Both the position numbers and the translations under genes were made by a program. 64,000 bases of DNA from Felis catus (taxonomy: Eukaryota): contig NC_058368.1 of NCBI RefSeq assembly GCF_018350175.1, positions 31,126,001 through 31,190,000 on the forward strand, read 5' to 3'. Shown here piece after piece: positions 62,708 through 64,000 of this stretch (the first letter of the stretch is position 1; each line of letters begins with the position of its first letter). The notes below the pieces were generated by a model. The model ran no database searches. It was not told the origin of the DNA and worked only from the letters and a program-made list of their open reading frames with translations.

Positions 62708-64000
62708 TGATGGGACAGTACCCTTTATTATTATATGGTGTCCTTTTTTTTGTCTCCTGTTACAGTCTTTGTTTTAAACTCTGTCCATTATAAGTATTGC
62801 TACCCCAGCTTTCTTTTGACATTAATTTACATGATAAATGTTTCTCTGTCCCCTCACTTTCAATCTTCTGGTGTCTTTCCATCTGAAATGAGCCTTTCTC
62901 TTGTAGGCAGCATATGGGTCTTGTTTTTGGTTTTGTTTTATATACTTTGTGACCCCTGTGACACCACCCTGTGGTTTTTGAGCATTTAGTACATTTAAAT
63001 TCAACGTAATTATTGATAGATATGTATTTATTTGCCATTTAGTTATTTGTCTTGCTGTTGTTTCTATAAATTTTCACTGATCCTCTTGCTCTCTTTCATG
63101 GTTTGTTGGCTTTCTTTAGTGATATACTTGGATTCCTTTCTCTTTATACTTTCCATATCTATTACTGATTTTTGATTTATGGTTACCCCAGGATATAAAA
63201 ATTATCAATATTTATTAATTGTTTTATTTATTTGGGTGCTCCCATGTTGGGTGAATAAACATAAAGGAAATAATCAGTAGTGATACTATATAAGTAGGAA
63301 ACATTAACACTCCACTTACATCAATGGGCAGAACATCAACAAATAGTGGCTTTGAATGACACACTGGACCAGATACCTCTAACACATATATTCAGAACAT
63401 CCCATCCTAAAACAGAACACATACTCTTTTCACATGGGATGTTCTCCAGAATATATCACACATACTGTCTCACATAACAAGTCTAAACAAATTCATTCAG
63501 AATCATATTAGGCATCTTTTCTGACCACAACACAATGAAACTAGAAATCAGCCACAAGAAAAAATCTGGAAAGATCTCAAACACATGGAGGCTAAATAAT
63601 ATGCTACTAAACAATGAAGAGGTTAACCAAGGTCAAAAGAGAAATAAAAAATTACATGGAAACACATGAAAATGAGAACACAATGATCCAAAGTGTTTGG
63701 GATATGGCAAAAATGGAAAGTTATAGCAAAACAAGCCTACCTCAAGAAGCAAGAAAGATCTTATACAACCTAGCCTTATACCAAAAGGATCTAGAAAAAA
63801 ACCAATAAAACTCAAAAGAAAGGAAATAACAAATATTAGAACAGAAATAATTGATATAGAAACTAAAGAACAAAAACAATACAACAGATCAATGAAACCT
63901 GGAGCTGGTTCTTTGAAAAGATCAAAAAAATTGATAAACTTCTGATAAACTTCTAGCCATATTAATAAAAGAGAGAGAGAGAGAGAAAGGAAGAACTCAA
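62708..64000 (+). mobile_element. Carnivore L1 with 5' inversion (inverted part ~62708-63186; sense ORF2 EN region from ~63189, running off the window)
   Basis: Minus-strand EN N-terminal peptides at 62760-63038; plus-strand EN/ORF2 sequence from 63189 (..KREIKNYMETHENENTMIQSVWD.., SWFFEKIKKIDK). Confidence 0.88.

Overview
Mammalian, almost certainly felid (cat-family), nuclear DNA. It is AT-rich and about half LINE-1. It carries 16 carnivore tRNA-derived SINEs (CAN-SINE/SINEC_Fc type), several solo LTRs, a MER58 DNA transposon, MIR/L2 relics and many microsatellites. I could not support any cellular protein-coding exon or RNA gene; the listed ORFs are L1/SINE debris or chance ORFs, so this looks like a gene desert or a large intron. 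Main observations: (1) a ~220-bp insertion of the mitochondrial control region (NUMT) with 1.4 units of the 80-bp repeat, inside an L1 3' end at 11461-11683; (2) a chimeric retrocopy in which the 5' half of a CAN-SINE is fused to L1 ORF2/3'UTR inside one 15-bp TSD (56931-59199); (3) two SINEs at the same homologous nucleotide of two neighbouring L1s; (4) a twin-primed, 5'-inverted L1 that also has a 37-bp micro-inversion; (5) small templated rearrangements and two candidate regulatory islands. Repeat family names and consensus comparisons come from memory, not from a database search.
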